Shown here one piece after another: positions 34,377 through 48,368 of a stretch of DNA of 64,000 nt. Location of the stretch: the NCBI GenBank assembly GCA_964106915.2, contig OZ066923.1; one strand, 5' to 3'. The notes below the pieces were generated by a model. It saw only the letters and a program-made list of their open reading frames with translations. It did no database searches and was not told the DNA's origin. The translations under genes and the position numbers were made by a program. Numbering within the stretch: position 1 is the first letter of the stretch; each line of letters starts with the position of its first letter. The stretch is from Podarcis gaigeae (Eukaryota).

Positions 34377-36613
34377 ACTGGCAGCACCTGTCATTGTTAC
34401 CTGCAGGTTTTTATTTGGAGATGTTGGGAAATGTACCTCTTGGCCTATGAAACATGTGCTCTGGCCCCACCCCTCTCTCTCCTGAGGGAACTTTGGTGTG
34501 CTGTGGTATATATCTGAATGTCTGGGCTTGTTCAGCTGTCACACATTGTTTATTTGCATAACTGCAAATCCTGATGGTGATACTTTAACTGTACATGGGC
34601 TCCCGCGCATTCATGTGATGCTATACCTGTGGTTCCCGCTCCCCAGGCCAAAGTATTGTTTTGGTTCCCATAACATGAATGAGGAAGGGAAGATGTTGCT
34701 GGAATAGGGGACAATTCAAAGGACTTGTGCTTATCTTCTAAACTTAGGAGTAGTGTATAATGTTGCTTCGTTTTTTTAAAAGGTGCTGCTCTTTATCACA
34801 TGAGATTTGTATTTTCTTGTGTTATTGTAAATTGCCTTGGAGGCTTTGCTGAAAGGTGGTATCTATTAAATAAATAGAAAACTGGCACATTGATCCTAAG
34901 TGCATTTCCTAGATAGGGTAGCCAGATGAAGGGAAAAAAGCTGATGTGCTGAATCCTGCACCTTTAATAGTTGTATAGAAGAAGGGATTTTGGCAGGTGT
35001 GATTTGCCATGCGTTGCCATCCCATTCAGATCTACTGGGAAGTAAATGCCATTGAATTTGATGGAGCAGGTTCTGAGTAAACGTGAGTAAATGGGTTGCA
35101 GTTTCACCTGCAATCAATGAGGCTCTGTTCCAAGGAAAACTAGGCTGTTAGCATTAGTAGGTTTTTGTTTGGGATGACTGTGACTCATGACATGTGAAAG
35201 GTATCAAGTCAAAGGACCAGTTTAGAAGCAGCCTCTCTATCTTGAGTTCAAACTTGAGCTGTCAGATATAAAGGACAGGACTAGACAGGAAAACACGACT
35301 ATTAAAGGTGCAGGAACCCACTGATCAGTGCCTGGTTGAGTGACTTCCTGTGAATCACTTGTGTGCTGCCTTAGACTCCATGATATAAGAAAAGTGGAGT
35401 GTAAATATAAGAAAGTAAAAAATAAATGAGTGGCTACTACCCTATGATGGCTGCAAAAATCTGCATAGACAAAGGTAAAAAAGTATAAATTCATGTGTCC
35501 AAATAACAAAAAGGTGAACAGGTCACCTAAAGCAAGACGGATAGCTGAGCCAGCATTTAAATTGCTGGTCTGCAGATTTGAGTTGTGAAGCCAGGGTGTA
35601 GCCGGGCTCCCTCTGAGCCCAAGGGCCTTGCTGCGATCTTCATTCACCCTAGTGAGTCTTTATCATTTTCATTTTACTCTGTCCTGTCTCACATTAATTT
35701 TAAATTGACATGGAATTAAGCGGACTAAATTGTGTTTCATATGAAAAGGGGAGAAGCGTAGAAGGGTGGGAAAACTAATCTTTAAATACCACTCGGGTTC
35801 AGAGTTTCCTTTCTCTTCTCTTCTGCCTGCCACAGATAATACGCTAGTATTTGTCAGCCCTTCTCTAATATGTAGCACACAGACGGGAAACCTGTGTGGT
35901 CTTTCAGATGTTTTTGGACTTCCCTGCCCATCATCCCCTGCAAGCATGGCCAATGGCCAGGGATTATGGATGAAGAAGTCTAAAAAATATGAAGGACTAC
36001 AGGTTAGCCACCCCTATAGGCATGAGACTGTTGCAACACTGGATTCCATCCTAATGGAAAGTGAAAGTTCAGACTGACATAGAGACAGAGATCTTAGCTG
36101 CTCTCGTTAAAGCTGAGCTGGCTTCTTTCAGAGAATAGAAATCAAGCAAATAATTAACTCTTTCTTATAGATTTTTCCACACCACATCACAATATCCTCA
36201 AATCGCTATGTCCATTTTTTTATTTAGATATAAATTTGGTTCATGGACCATAAAATGTATGGTCTTTTGATCCATAGGTCATAAATTTATATAGCAGCCC
36301 CTGTTGACTTGGGGCAATCTTGCAATAGTACCCAGAGAGACCTAGTAACCCTCATCTCCTAAACTCAGAATTATCAGAATCCTATCAGATACCTGGTTCT
36401 CTCTGACCTAAAATCAGCTTTAGGTCGTATTGAACTAAGGTTATGTTGGCAACAAGTCAACAGTAGAATCATAGAATTGTAGAGTTGGGAGGCACCACAA
36501 GTGTAATCTAGTGCAGGAATCATTTTGCCCAATGTGAGACTTGAACCCATAATCCTGAAATGAAGAGTCTCATGCTGTAATGACTGAGCCAGCCCTCAGA
36601 CTATTTTTATTTA

Positions 36614-36855
36614 CAGTGGTACCTCGGGTTACATACGCTTCAGGTTACATACGCTTCAGGTTACAGACTCTGCTAACCCAGAAATAGTGCTTCAGGTTAA
36701 GAACTTTGCTTCAGGATGAGAACAGAAATTGTGCTCTGGCCGCACGGCAGCAGCGGGAGACCCCATTAGCTAAAGTGGTGCTTCAGGTTAAGAACAGTTT
36801 CAGGTTAAGAACGGACCTCCGGAACGAATTAAGTACTTAACCCGAGGTACCACTG
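36614..36855 (+). mobile_element. Tc1/mariner MITE, family A
   Basis: Same TIRs; TA flanks; extra 15-bp internal unit. Confidence 0.85.
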
Positions 36856-38479
36856 TACTTTGATTTCTCACCTACCCTTTATCAGAAGGTCCCAAAGGCG
36901 GGTTGCAGAAATAAAACATACAAATACAAAATGAAACAGTTGCAAGCAGAAAAGTTTAAAAACAGTTCCATACGTCAAACCATTTCACATAAAAAAACAG
37001 TTAAATATAGTTCCAATACAGATGCAGACTAGGATTAAAAAAGCCACTTGAAAGGCTTGTTTAAAGATGAAGGTGTTCCGTAGGCACCAGAAAGACAGAG
37101 ATGGTGCCTGGCTAATGCCCTTTGGAATTATGTTCCATTACATATCATATTCTATAATATAGGTTGATACCAAACAGATCCACATTAGCACTTGTTCACA
37201 TTAATCCATTTGCATCCTCCCTTTTCTCCCACCTCCTTTGTCAACATTTACATTGGAAGCAGGATCCTGTCTCATTGCACACACTACTTATGAAAGAGCC
37301 ATGTACACTGAGTCTGCTCACAAATAACAGATAATTGACACAGGTCCCTTTTCTACCACACTGATTTCATGCAGTGTTGATCTGAGCGAATCCAAGCTTT
37401 GGAAAACAGTTTGCAATGTTTAGGCCTCCCTTTGGCATAGTTCCTGACACGGGTAGTTCTTGAAAGTTGATGGACGTTGATTTGGAGAACACAGTGGGAA
37501 AGCCATTCTGGGTATATAAGGCAGCACTGGCAAATCCACCTCCCTGCAGATGTTGTTGTACCCCCAATTCCCATCAGCCCCCGCCAGCACAGCCAGTGGT
37601 CAGGGATTATGGGAGTTGTAGTCTAGCAACATCGGTTATGAAGGGGTTTCAATAAGTTGCTGCTTGGTGGGGAAAGTGGTAATGTAAACCTTCTGTTTCT
37701 TGTTGGCTTAGAAAGCACAACTTGGTGTCCTACGAGGAACTATCTTGAGCATTTGATACTATTATGCCGGAGTTCAACTGTCTGCAGATGTTTATGCATA
37801 TGCAATTATAAGCCGCCTCTGCTTTCAAAATAGCATACACAGCATTGAGAAGTATCGGTTAGTTTTGAAGTAGCAACTCTCTAGTGAGGTGAGTAAGCTT
37901 CATTAGAAGTTGGATGCCAGGTCTACGACAGCGCACATCTTGGAATGCTTCACTTAAATTATTGCCATAATAATGATTTATGCCAGCAGGCAAAATATAA
38001 GGACTATTTCCTGCCTTAACTCCTCTAGGTGATGAGTTGGCAACTCCCAAGTTTGAAAGGCTTTGAAGCTTACGCTGCAGAGTTTACATAGAGACGGTGG
38101 TGGGCTCAGTGAACCTGATGCAAAATGGGATGAGAGTTTTTATTTTGATCTCTGCCGCCACCCACTGAGTTGTCTGGAGCCCCTATGCCAGTTATTGAAG
38201 GTGTTGGAGTTGTGGTTGGACGAGGATTGGTTGCTTATCAGTATTGTGGCTGGTTGGTATTGCACACTAGGGGGCCAAGTGGAAAAAGAGGACTGGGGAG
38301 AGCCAAAGCTCTGTGGTAGATCAACTGCTTTGCAAACAAAAGGTCCCAGGTCATCCACGGTGACGCCAGGTATGGCTGGGGAATACTCCATTTCTGAAAA
38401 TGTGGCGAGCTGCTGTCAATCATTGTGTGGGCGCTAGAAGGGCCAGTCATCTGGTTCGGCATAAGGCAGCTTCCTTTGT

Positions 38480-39000
38480 TCCTTTTTTATAATTTATTAG
38501 GTTTTATTTAACAATAAAAAGCACATAATAACATAACAATTTCAAATATCCACATTTCACACACTTCCTTGGACTTCCTCGCACCTCTTGCTCCTGCTTT
38601 CTAAACACATGAATTTTGACAGCAAATTATTAACTTAATTTAGTTTATATAATAAAATTTCCCAGTGTTAAACTCTCAAATTTTAAAATTTAACAACTCT
38701 TTTGTTAAACCTTAATTGTAAAATGTTGTTTATCCGAAATTTATCTTTTCTTTCAATTACATTCAAATTTATCTTTCTTATTACTAATTTATTGGGGCCC
38801 TGTTACTACCAATCTTACATCTTTCTTAGCATTCATACAATTTACAATGTTTTTGTAAATAATCCTTAAATTTCTTCCAGTCCTCCTCCACCAGTTCTTC
38901 TCCCAGGTCTCGGATTCTGCCAGTCATCTCGGCCAGTTCCATATAGTCCATCAGTTGCATCTGCCACTCTTCCAGGGTGGTAGCTTCCTTTGTTCCTAAC
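38480..39000 (-). mobile_element. L1-like LINE 3' fragment
   Basis: EEWQMQLMDYMELAEMTGRIRD...WKKFKDYL ORF2 C-terminus, AT-rich 3' UTR, AATAAA/A-rich end. Confidence 0.6.
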
Positions 39001-42000
39001 AGGGCTTTGTCCTCTTTTGCATCTGGCCACCATGCTGTGTCCATTTCTACTGTCTTGACTTCTAACCCATGCTCCTGCTGAATCATATTATGCATTTGTG
39101 CTGCTATTCCTTAGTCACCCAGAGATGATGTCATTTCTGTGAGTCCCCGTGCAGTTCGATCCTGTGCACAATTCCTCAGTTGCATGGTGCTCGGTAGGGC
39201 TTATTCCCCAATAAATGGGTTTAGGATTGTAGCCTTGGGATTTTAGGCTGTGCACACACCATACATTTAGAGCACATTAAGGAATGTGCTTTAAATGTTT
39301 GCCATGTACACAGCCTATCTCAAAGTAGACCCATTATGATCGGTGACGCCACGTTAATAATGTCCATTATTTTTAATGGGTCTACTCAAATGTCGAATGC
39401 AGCACTTTGGGTTGTGCTGTTCTTTTCCACCTTGTCTGCATCTCGCTTTTCAATTAACATGCTCTTCGGGGACAGAGAAAAGTACACAGAAATATGCAAA
39501 TGCCCTGTTGAGAACCATCTCTCAAGCTGCGTTGAGGCCAGCAGTCCCATTGAATTCCATGGAGCTAACTTGGGTTTCAGTCACAGTGCTTCATTGCACA
39601 GAGGGTTGCTGATGCGTGTACTAAATTGGCGTTAAGGTAAACAGATGTTTATCTTTCAAAGTAATCCCTTTTCTCTCCTAGCTGTTTGCAGCCTCCTTCC
39701 TCAAACATAAGAAGAGTGGAAAGTAGCTGCCCTCCAAAAGAGGGCAGGAGAATGATCACACGCCCATAGACCTATTTAAATATCCTAACCCAGGGTTGCC
39801 ATATTTCAAGAGGTAAAAATCTGGACACAAAACGTTGAGTTTTTTTAGGGCAACTTCCAGAGCCTGAACCACAGCCACCCACATGCACACAAATTTTAAA
39901 ATCCAAGATCCAGGACATTTGCTTTAAAGTGTAAAATTGCCCCTGGATTGTAGGACTGCCAAAAGATGACATGTTCAGGAATTCCCAGACATATGGCAAC
40001 CCTCTCCTAACATACACCTCTTATTTGTCTTTAGTTTCCTGATCCTGAGAAGTATAACATCAAGGGCACTTCAGGCAGTTGTGCGCTTCTAAGCCTTTCC
40101 AATGAATGGCTTTATTAATTGTTATTCTGTTTACTAGTTAGTTGTATGCAGTCTACCCATCTGTTCTTTATGTCCCAGCGGTGAGGAGAGCAGTACTTCC
40201 CCCTAGTACTCCTCCCCCTTCCACCTACTCTGCTTGCTTCATGGAATGTGATTACACAAGTGTCATGGAGACTTGTTGGACATTCCCTATGATGCAATTA
40301 GTGATGTCTGGCACAAATCACTGCCCCCCTCTCCGTCACACACACAGTGGCCTGCAGCACTCTGTGAACTTCCTTAAAGATAAATTCTCTCAAGTTCATG
40401 AAAGGGTGAGACAGTATATATGGGGTGGGGATAGCTGCACTTCTGTTAAATGAGAGGGAAAATGCAGGTTTAAACAGCTGCAAAGGTTTGAGTAAAGCAG
40501 GCAGTGTTAGAAATGCAGATCTATAAGCTTGGTGCCAAATAGCTCCTTAAACCAAGGTATCAGTTGCCAAAACGGAATATCTGTTTGCCATTTTGGGGCA
40601 AGATGGCTCTAAAGTCTTATTTTTCAAATGATGGACTGATTGTGATTGATTCTTAGTTAAACATCTGGCTAGTTCAGATGACAACCTTGAGCTAGGTTAA
40701 GAGCTTTGAGAAGTTTAGAAAAAGTTGTTCGATCCGAGGACAGTCCCATATATATTGGCCTATTATGACCTCCTCTTAATGGTGATTGTTCCTGCTCTAA
40801 TCGGGCTGCAGAGAAAAAGCAATTCGATTCCAGAAATTCATTCCAATTGTGTGGATAAAATATAATTGGTAGCATTCTACAGTCCAGATCCAATGATTCC
40901 CAGGCATGCACCTCCAGATGACTGCAAAACAGAGTGATGATCAGTTGAGAATGTAAGGGGTAGACAGTCTTTTAGGTATCCTAGTTCCCAGCTTCAAGCT
41001 GAATAGGGCTTTGTATATCAGTGCCAGCACCTTGCACCTACTTTGGTGGCTAATTGAGAGCTAGTGCAATTCTTTCAGCAGTGATGTAACATGACGTTGA
41101 TATTCCACCCCTGTGAGCTGTTAAGCCACCATACTTTGTAGTAGCTGCAACATTAAGCAACATTATAATCTGCACATTGAACTACATTATAAAGATATCT
41201 GAGCCTGGCGTTTCCTTTTCCACCCTTCCCTCTCTTTTGTGCTGGAGCACACATTTATTTACACTTTAAAATTGGGGTGGGAAGGTTGCAGTAAGGGTAT
41301 CCCAGCCCCTGCAAGAAGCTTCCTCTGCTGCAAGGCTTCTTCTCATCCTTACCCACGGGGATGCAATGTGGTGCTACTATAATACAGGAGTATTTCACAG
41401 AGGTTGAAATGTGGTTGTGGTCGGCATTCCTTAGTTGTACAGAAAGGCCCTGACTCTCTCTAGTATTATAGAACTATTTTTTAAAAAAAATTAAAAACCT
41501 TAGCTTCAGTGTATGGAACATGCGCTAATTTTCACGAAAACTCTAGGGTAGATCAGTGTCATCATCCCCATACTGCAGATTGAGGTGGGGAACATGCCTG
41601 ACAGCGCAAATTTTACAAATGTACATGGAAGCAAATTCCACTGTGTCCACGTGCATTGAGGATTTCAGCTTGAAAGATATTGCCTTACCTATGGCCACCT
41701 AGAGAGTTCAGGGGAGAAGATCAAGCAAAGGCTAGTGTCAGGGTCCGCACTGATGGGGGGCTCCCAAGATCCACTCCCCACCCCCATTGTGTGTTGTCTT
41801 TCCCTCCTCCTCCTCAGCCACCACTCTTTTTCTGACAAGTGAGCAGATTGTGACAGTGGCAGGGAGAACAGGTGGTCCCACTGGTGGATAAAGGCCCATG
41901 GAGGATGTTTTGCCCAAGCTGTCCAAAATCTGGACACAGCACTGATTGTGAACAGAGGACTTCCTCGTTCAGAGTTTGATTTCAACACTTCACTAGCCAA

Positions 42001-43849
42001 CCACCCCTTGCTTCAGCTCCCGTTTCCAGTCTCCTTTTTTCCTTCTTTTCTTCCCAGTGTGTGGGGTGGGGAGGCTGAACACATGATTCATTTCGTGTCC
42101 TCTGTTCCCTGTTGATTCTGGAAGTATACCTTGGCTGCACCTGACGTGTGCTGGGGCACCTGGCTTTCCTGTACCCAAGGCATCTCCAGTGTGATACCTT
42201 CCAAATATTGCTGGATTCCCAACTCCCATATTTCCTGGCCATTGGCTGTGCAGATGGGCATCGACGTCCAAAACATCATGGGTGGAGGCGGCGCACGGCA
42301 GATTGGGAAAGGTTGGCTTACCCTGCCATTTCCTCTGGCACGTACAGTGCTCCCATACCTCTGAGTATAAGCCCAGAATAAAAGCCAGGGACGCTCTCTC
42401 TGTATTGCAGTCCTTTGAGTGTTTTGTGCTGCTTCCTCTTCCAGAACATCTTGACTCCTCTGCTGTCATTGGCTGGGGAATCTCATCCCTCTCCCATCTG
42501 CGCAAACCCTGACATGCCACATCTTCTCCTGTTTTCCTTTACCTGTCCTGGTTTACCTTGTGGCTTGTCCGTCAGCCCTGCTTTGTGAACGGGGGGGGGG
42601 GGGGGAGGCAGGGGAGGGCTTGCATGCCTGGCTACTTTGCAGCAGTCCGCTTCAACCTTCGGTACTGGTGGACTGCACAGTGGAGAGGGCAACACGGATA
42701 GCCTTAGCAACCTGTTTCTGCTGATTCACAGTGAGCCGGCTTTTCTCCCTCCCACGTTCCTGCTGTCTCTGACCTATCAGTCCTCCTCAAAGGACTCTCC
42801 CTCCCTCCCTCTCTCTCTCTTATTTATTTAGATGGATAGCCAAGCCCGTCTGAAGGGCTTGGGGCAGATAATGATTAAAAAAAAGAATCAGGTTGGCTAA
42901 AGAAGAAGAAAATACCATTCCTCTTCTGTCTTAATTAACTGTGCAAGTTGAGCCCAAAGAGGACTTTTAACACTTCTGCAATATTCTTCATCTAGAGGGG
43001 TTGTAGGAGTTAAGTTCCTGTGGGATAGCCACCAAAAAACCACCTCACTGTGTGCAAAGATGGTATTGTTGTTAAAAGTGTGTCCTTAGTTTCAGATGGG
43101 ATGGGATGTTGGGGAGGAGATTGACTGTATGCTTCTTTGGGGCTTGTTCATAATTCTAAGGCTACATTCACAGACAAATGTTGGTTTGTTTCCTTTTAAA
43201 ACCACTGTGTTAGCAGCACCCAAGTGGGGTGCAATCCTGGGCAGTCTGTATGGAGGTCCTAAATGGTGGGTTTATGTATTTATTCGCTTACACCCCATTT
43301 ATGCACCAGCCAAGATGAGGTTTAAAAGCGACTGAAAATTGAATTCGCCCACAAATGGGTAATAGAAATATTAGAAGTAACTTTACATGCAGATGGGCGT
43401 TCTCAAACTTTGTTGCAGTGACATTCCCTGTTACAGGGTAAGAAGGGTCCTGGATGAGGCAAATAGAAGGCTGAGCTTTCATTATTAACTCTTGCTGAGC
43501 TTTCAGCGTTAACCCTTGCCTTTACCAAAGGAGCATTATGTTCAGAGGGGATACATTACATGTATTTAGGTAGTGGAGGGGGAAAGCTTTGCAAAAATGG
43601 GGTGGTTCATCCCCAGCATTGACAATCAACACAGTGATTGACACACATTTCCATGTGTTCGCTGAAATGGGTAGAGGCAAATTTATAAATAAGTGGTGTA
43701 ATTTAAATAGAAATTTTAAAAAAGGCACTTTGCTGAAGTGGGGAAGACTGTTACTGAGGCGACCTGTGTGCCTGCTCAGTCTACAGTCCAGGTGCTGCCA
43801 ACTGTTGAGGGGCAACTTTCAAGGTCCTTGCTCTGTTTCTCTCGTTTTC

Positions 43850-43985
43850 ATAGCTTCATAGAGTTGGAAGGGACCACAGGGGTCATCTAGTCCAACCCCT
43901 GCAAGAATGAATCTTTTGCCCCATGGGGCTTGAGCCTATGGCCCTGAGATTAAGAGTCTCGCGCTCTACTGACGGAGCTATCTAG
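43850..43985 (-). mobile_element. tRNA-Lys(CTT)-derived SINE with CR1-like 3' tail
   Basis: Minus strand reads tagctccgtcagtagagcgcgagactcttaatctcaggg...ggttggactagatgacc...cccttccaactctatga; related copies at 36468-36595 (-) and 20150-20225 (+). Confidence 0.7.
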
Positions 43986-44795
43986 TGTTCTTTATCGTTT
44001 AAACTGGACTTGGGCCAGGCAGCCTTTGAAAGAAAGCACTGTCCTCTCTAAAGTAGGGCACATGGCCACCCTGATCACTGTTTTTTTGTGGGAGGGAAAC
44101 CCTGGGGTGCCTTGCTAACTATTTCTGTGGCCTGCTTGCCAGTTAATATTGCTCAATCCGGAGCAGTGAATCCAGAGGATTAAAGAAAATGCACCAAAGC
44201 TATAGATTGCCTCCTGAGAGAGGTCCACTTAGCTTAGTGGCGCTTGGCCTTCTGTGGAGTGGCAAAAGGTTGATTTATTTTGGAAGGGCTGTGCTTCAAG
44301 TGGGAGTGGGGTTTTCCTGTCTGTCCTTTCTTGTTCATTTTATAGAGCGAGGCCCCGATGGGTCCTCGAAAGGAAGAATCCAAAGCAAACTGCCAAATCT
44401 AAAGGCCTGCTACATTGGTGTAGCCAAGGGGGGGGGGCAACTGCCCCCTAAATAAAAATAGGTACCAAACTGACGTTCTGCCCGCCCCCCAACAAAATTC
44501 CTGGCTACGCTCATGGCCTGCTGGGCTGTTGTTAGTGGGGTGGGTTTCATTCAATTTTTTTCAGGTTCCCCTCCTCCACTTCAGTTTTCTTCCTTCCAGG
44601 GAAAATAAATACCCCAGCTCCATAATGGACATACATTTCAGCCCCCATGTCAGGGTGTATTGGTGGAATGAGAGAGCTTTGGATGCAGCAGAACTCCTCC
44701 TCCACTGGTGGAGAGGAAAACCTGGTTTTCCTTTTAGCCTGTGGGACATTCTTCTCAGAACAACAGGATTGCACCCTGATTTTCTGTTGTTGGTA

Positions 44796-45010
44796 CAGTG
44801 GTAGCTCGGGTTACAGACACTTCAGGTTACAGACTCCACTAACCCAGAAAGTGTATCTCGGGTTAAGAACTTTGCTTCAGGATGAGAATAGAAATTGCGC
44901 AGTGGCAGCGGGAGGCCCCATTAGCTAAAGTGATACCTCAGGTTAAGAACAGTTTCAGGTTAAGAACGGACCTCCAGAACAAATTAAGTTCTTAACTCGA
45001 GGTACCACTG
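44796..45010 (+). mobile_element. Tc1/mariner MITE, family A
   Basis: Same TIRs; TA flanks. Confidence 0.85.
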
Positions 45011-45132
45011 TACTCTTTTATTTTTGCTGTGAACAGCTTTGAGAGACCCTGGGCTGGAAGGGACGGTAAAGATGTCTTTCGATTTCTCTTGCAGCTGTAC
45101 TCCCAGTGGAACTACTTCAACACAAGGATATA

Positions 45133-45560
45133 ATCATAGATAAATAGAATTGTAGAGTTGAAAGGGACTCTAGTCTAGTCCAGGGTTTCCCAAACTTGGG
45201 TCTCCTGTTGTTGTTGGACTACAACTCTCATCATCCCTAGCCAGCAGGACCAGTGCTCAGGGATGATGGGAATTGTGGTCCCAAAACACCTGGAAACCCT
45301 GATCTAGTCCTGCCTCCTACAATGCAGGAATCTCAACTATAGCATCCGTGACAGAAAGCCATCCAACCTCTGCTTAAAGACCTCCAATGAAGGAGAGTCC
45401 ACCACCTTCTGAGGGAGTCCGTTCCACGGTTGAACAGCTCTTACCATCAGAAAGAATTCTTTCTGATGGTTACTTGGAATCTCCTTTCTTGTAACTTGAA
45501 TTCATTGGTTTGGGTCTTACACTCTGGAGCAGGAGAAAACAAGCTTGCTGCATCTTAGTG
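45133..45560 (-). mobile_element. CR1 LINE 3' fragment interrupted by a hAT MITE
   Basis: catag-tagaattgtagagttgaaagggac reverse CR1 3' end; gttccacggttgaacagctcttacc body. Confidence 0.65.
45181..45301. mobile_element. Palindromic hAT MITE (family B) nested in CR1
   Basis: CAGGGTTTCC / GGAAACCCTG TIRs; 8-bp TSD gtctagtc/atctagtc. Confidence 0.8.
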
Positions 45561-46781
45561 TGATGTTTTGCATCTACAGGTTTCTACTGAGTGGTGCAGA
45601 TCCATAGTCTTGTTTTTGTTTTCTTTTAAGGTGTGTTGTGGCCTGGTTTGCATGTAGTGTTAAGCCACAAGTTTCCCCACAAACAAACAAACCAGCCTCC
45701 TTTGTAGTTTGGCAAGTGTCTGGGGTGAGATGGTGAAACGAACCCTAGATAGGGAAGGGTGCTGGTTTCACACCTAACCCCATCCCATAGTTAAAACAAA
45801 CCAAGATTCGTAATGTATGTGGGATGTATGTATATGTACTGGAGAGGATAGCTGTTAACAAAGGAAGTTAAGAGGTTTGCAGAATGCCTGGGACTCGTAG
45901 GAAGGAAGAATATTCTTCAGTGTGCATGCAGCTGACTGGCATAAGAAGGGAATGTCCAGCCCCTAAAGCGTTAAAGATGAAAAATATTTAAAGTATGACA
46001 TTAGCAAGGGAGTTGTGTCACGGGGCACAAGCACCTTCCAGAAAAGGGGAAAGGTGCCTGGGACTCCAGCAACAAATGAGTTACAATGTGCAATGGTTAG
46101 ATGAAATGATTGCCTAAGAAGGTCTTTATAGAGTCACTTCTTTTTCGATATGCTTTTTTGAACCAGCAGCATAATCGGGCCTATTTAGTTATACCTGGAT
46201 AGCTTTGTGCCTGCTGCGTGCTGGGGATACAGGCAGGAAATGTATTAGCTCATGGTTCCCCTCTGCCTCCCATCTTGAATGTCATTTGACTGTACAGACA
46301 GGTACTGTTTGTCCTCCCATGGAAACACGGCTGCCCTGAGGGTTGAAAATGGTGACTGACTAAGCTGTGGCAACAGAAGCCAAACAAAATGAGTGTATTT
46401 TCTGCTCACTGAGCTAAAGCTGCTGAGTGCATGTGTGGCTAGGTTTCTATTCCTAGAAGAAACTCTGGCCTGGTTCTGGAGGGGCAGGTTAGCAGTGCCC
46501 CAATCCAAGCTGGCATTGTGGGCCACTTCTGCCATCCTCAAACAGGCAGTCCTGTTTGTTCTCCAAGACTTGGGAACCTGTTGTTTCTCTAGCTGCTGGG
46601 CCTGTGCCCATCGCCGTTGCATCTGTCCCCAGTCTCCTGTCTAGGCATGTCTCAGTATGAGCAAAACAAACAGACTTGAGTAACTTTTTCCCTCCTCTAC
46701 CTCCTCCTCTCATTCTAAGGGGAATATACATCTGGCCGTTTCTCTGGCCAGGGATCTTCCACAAATACATTTGGGCCCAAA

Positions 46782-46814
<33 letters not shown>

Positions 46815-47799
46815 TGTTTTGTGTGGTGAACATGACTCTTAGGAAAATTACTGCGGATTTGAAAGAACGCCACGCCTGAACTTCTGCCCCAGTTTCATTC
46901 CTGGGGCTTTGATGCTTCTGTGAGGGAATGTGTATAAAAATCCTGCAAAAATAAATTGCTGACCTCAGGTGCTGAAGCTGACATGACTAAATTGGACCTG
47001 ACTGAATTTGCCCTTTCTTTGGGATCAAGGAAGTAGAGCTCCCATCAAGTTTTAGAAAGAGAGGCAAGGCGGATCTTACTCTGTGCTTTTCTCTTTCCAC
47101 ACAAGCACCCAAATTATGCGCTTAGAATAAATCCAGGCTTCATTGGTCTGTTTCTGGAGTCCCCTTCCCTTTAGAAGGGACTCAACAGTACTCAGCCAGC
47201 ATGTTGGAAATTGCTTGATTTTCATAGGCTTCTGGGGCAGTAGGATAAATGGGATTTTTTGTGTGGTGCCTGTTTGGATCTAATTGTCCCTATCCCCAAA
47301 GGCTCAAAATGCATGACAGTTAAAAAAGAAAATAGCCTGCTCTTAAATGAAGTCCTTGCTGATCTCTAGCACCTTTTAAAAAAATGCTTTTATTATCTCC
47401 TCAAAAAAAAGGTTCAGGGCCATGGGCATAGTTTCCTTCCATTTACCTTCACAACAACCTTGTGAGGTAGGCTAGGCTAAAATAGTAACTGGCCCTAGGT
47501 GAGCGACGGCTAAGCAAAGATTATGAACTCTGGCTTCCCCAGTCCAGCATTTGTACATAGCAAGATTTGGGCTCACATGCCTGATGCGGATAGCTTTCCA
47601 GTCTTCTGCATTGAGAATGGGAAACCTGTAACCCCAAAGATGCTTTGAACAGACACCTTGTACCCACAGATAGCTGCTGGTGCTGTGGTACCTCGGGGCA
47701 GTGCTGAAACGTATGATCTGGCCATGCCCTATAGTGGCACTGATTTGGATGGAAGTTGTTGTCAGTATAAACTTGGACCTGGGAAAATCCCTAAAATTC

Positions 47800-48200
47800 T
47801 CAGTTGCCCATGCTACACTCAGTTATATTCCAACATTGTGCGCCTTGACAGAAGGGCAGTGTAGTTGGACTTTGCCTGTCCTGTCGGTGGCCAAAAGGCT
47901 AGTGTTGCAATGCTGGGAGGAAATTGTGTTTCCTCCCCTGATTGCCCAGTGGTTGGAAGACTTATCTGCTCTGGCAGCATATGCGAAAGCTACGCTCAGC
48001 AAGTGGTGCAAAAAGGAATAAACACTCCAGCATTTGGGGTCTGTACCACTGCAGCCTGTTCCTCACCCACCAAACTCCCTTTTAGTTTTGATCTGGTGGC
48101 ATTAATTTTAATTGTACTGCAGTACAAATTGCTATTATGCTTTTATTGTTTCTCTTGGTTGATTGTCTTGTTAAGGGGAAACAAGAACCAATAAAATATT
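47800..48200 (+). mobile_element. Old L1-like LINE 3' fragment
   Basis: AKRLVLQCW...PPLIAQWLEDL motif, then a T-rich 3' UTR and AATAAAA. Confidence 0.5.
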
Positions 48201-48275
48201 AACAGGTATTTTTGTTTTGCTTTTAAGGGTGGATAGATCCCGCCAATGGGCACTGCTGAGGGAGCTGGGTCAGAA

Positions 48276-48276
<1 letters not shown>

Positions 48277-48336
<60 letters not shown>

Positions 48337-48368
48337 GGGTCCAGGACAGACAGCAGCAGCAGCAGCAG
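48277..48368. repeat. (AAT)n followed by (CAG)n microsatellites
   Basis: Read directly. Confidence 0.95.

Noticed and set aside
40745-40760. CArG (SRF) box
   Set aside because: The AT core is 9 bp rather than the required 6.
43918-43985. Possible tRNA-Lys gene
   Set aside because: Stems and B box are degenerate and it is fused to a CR1-like tail, so it is a SINE.
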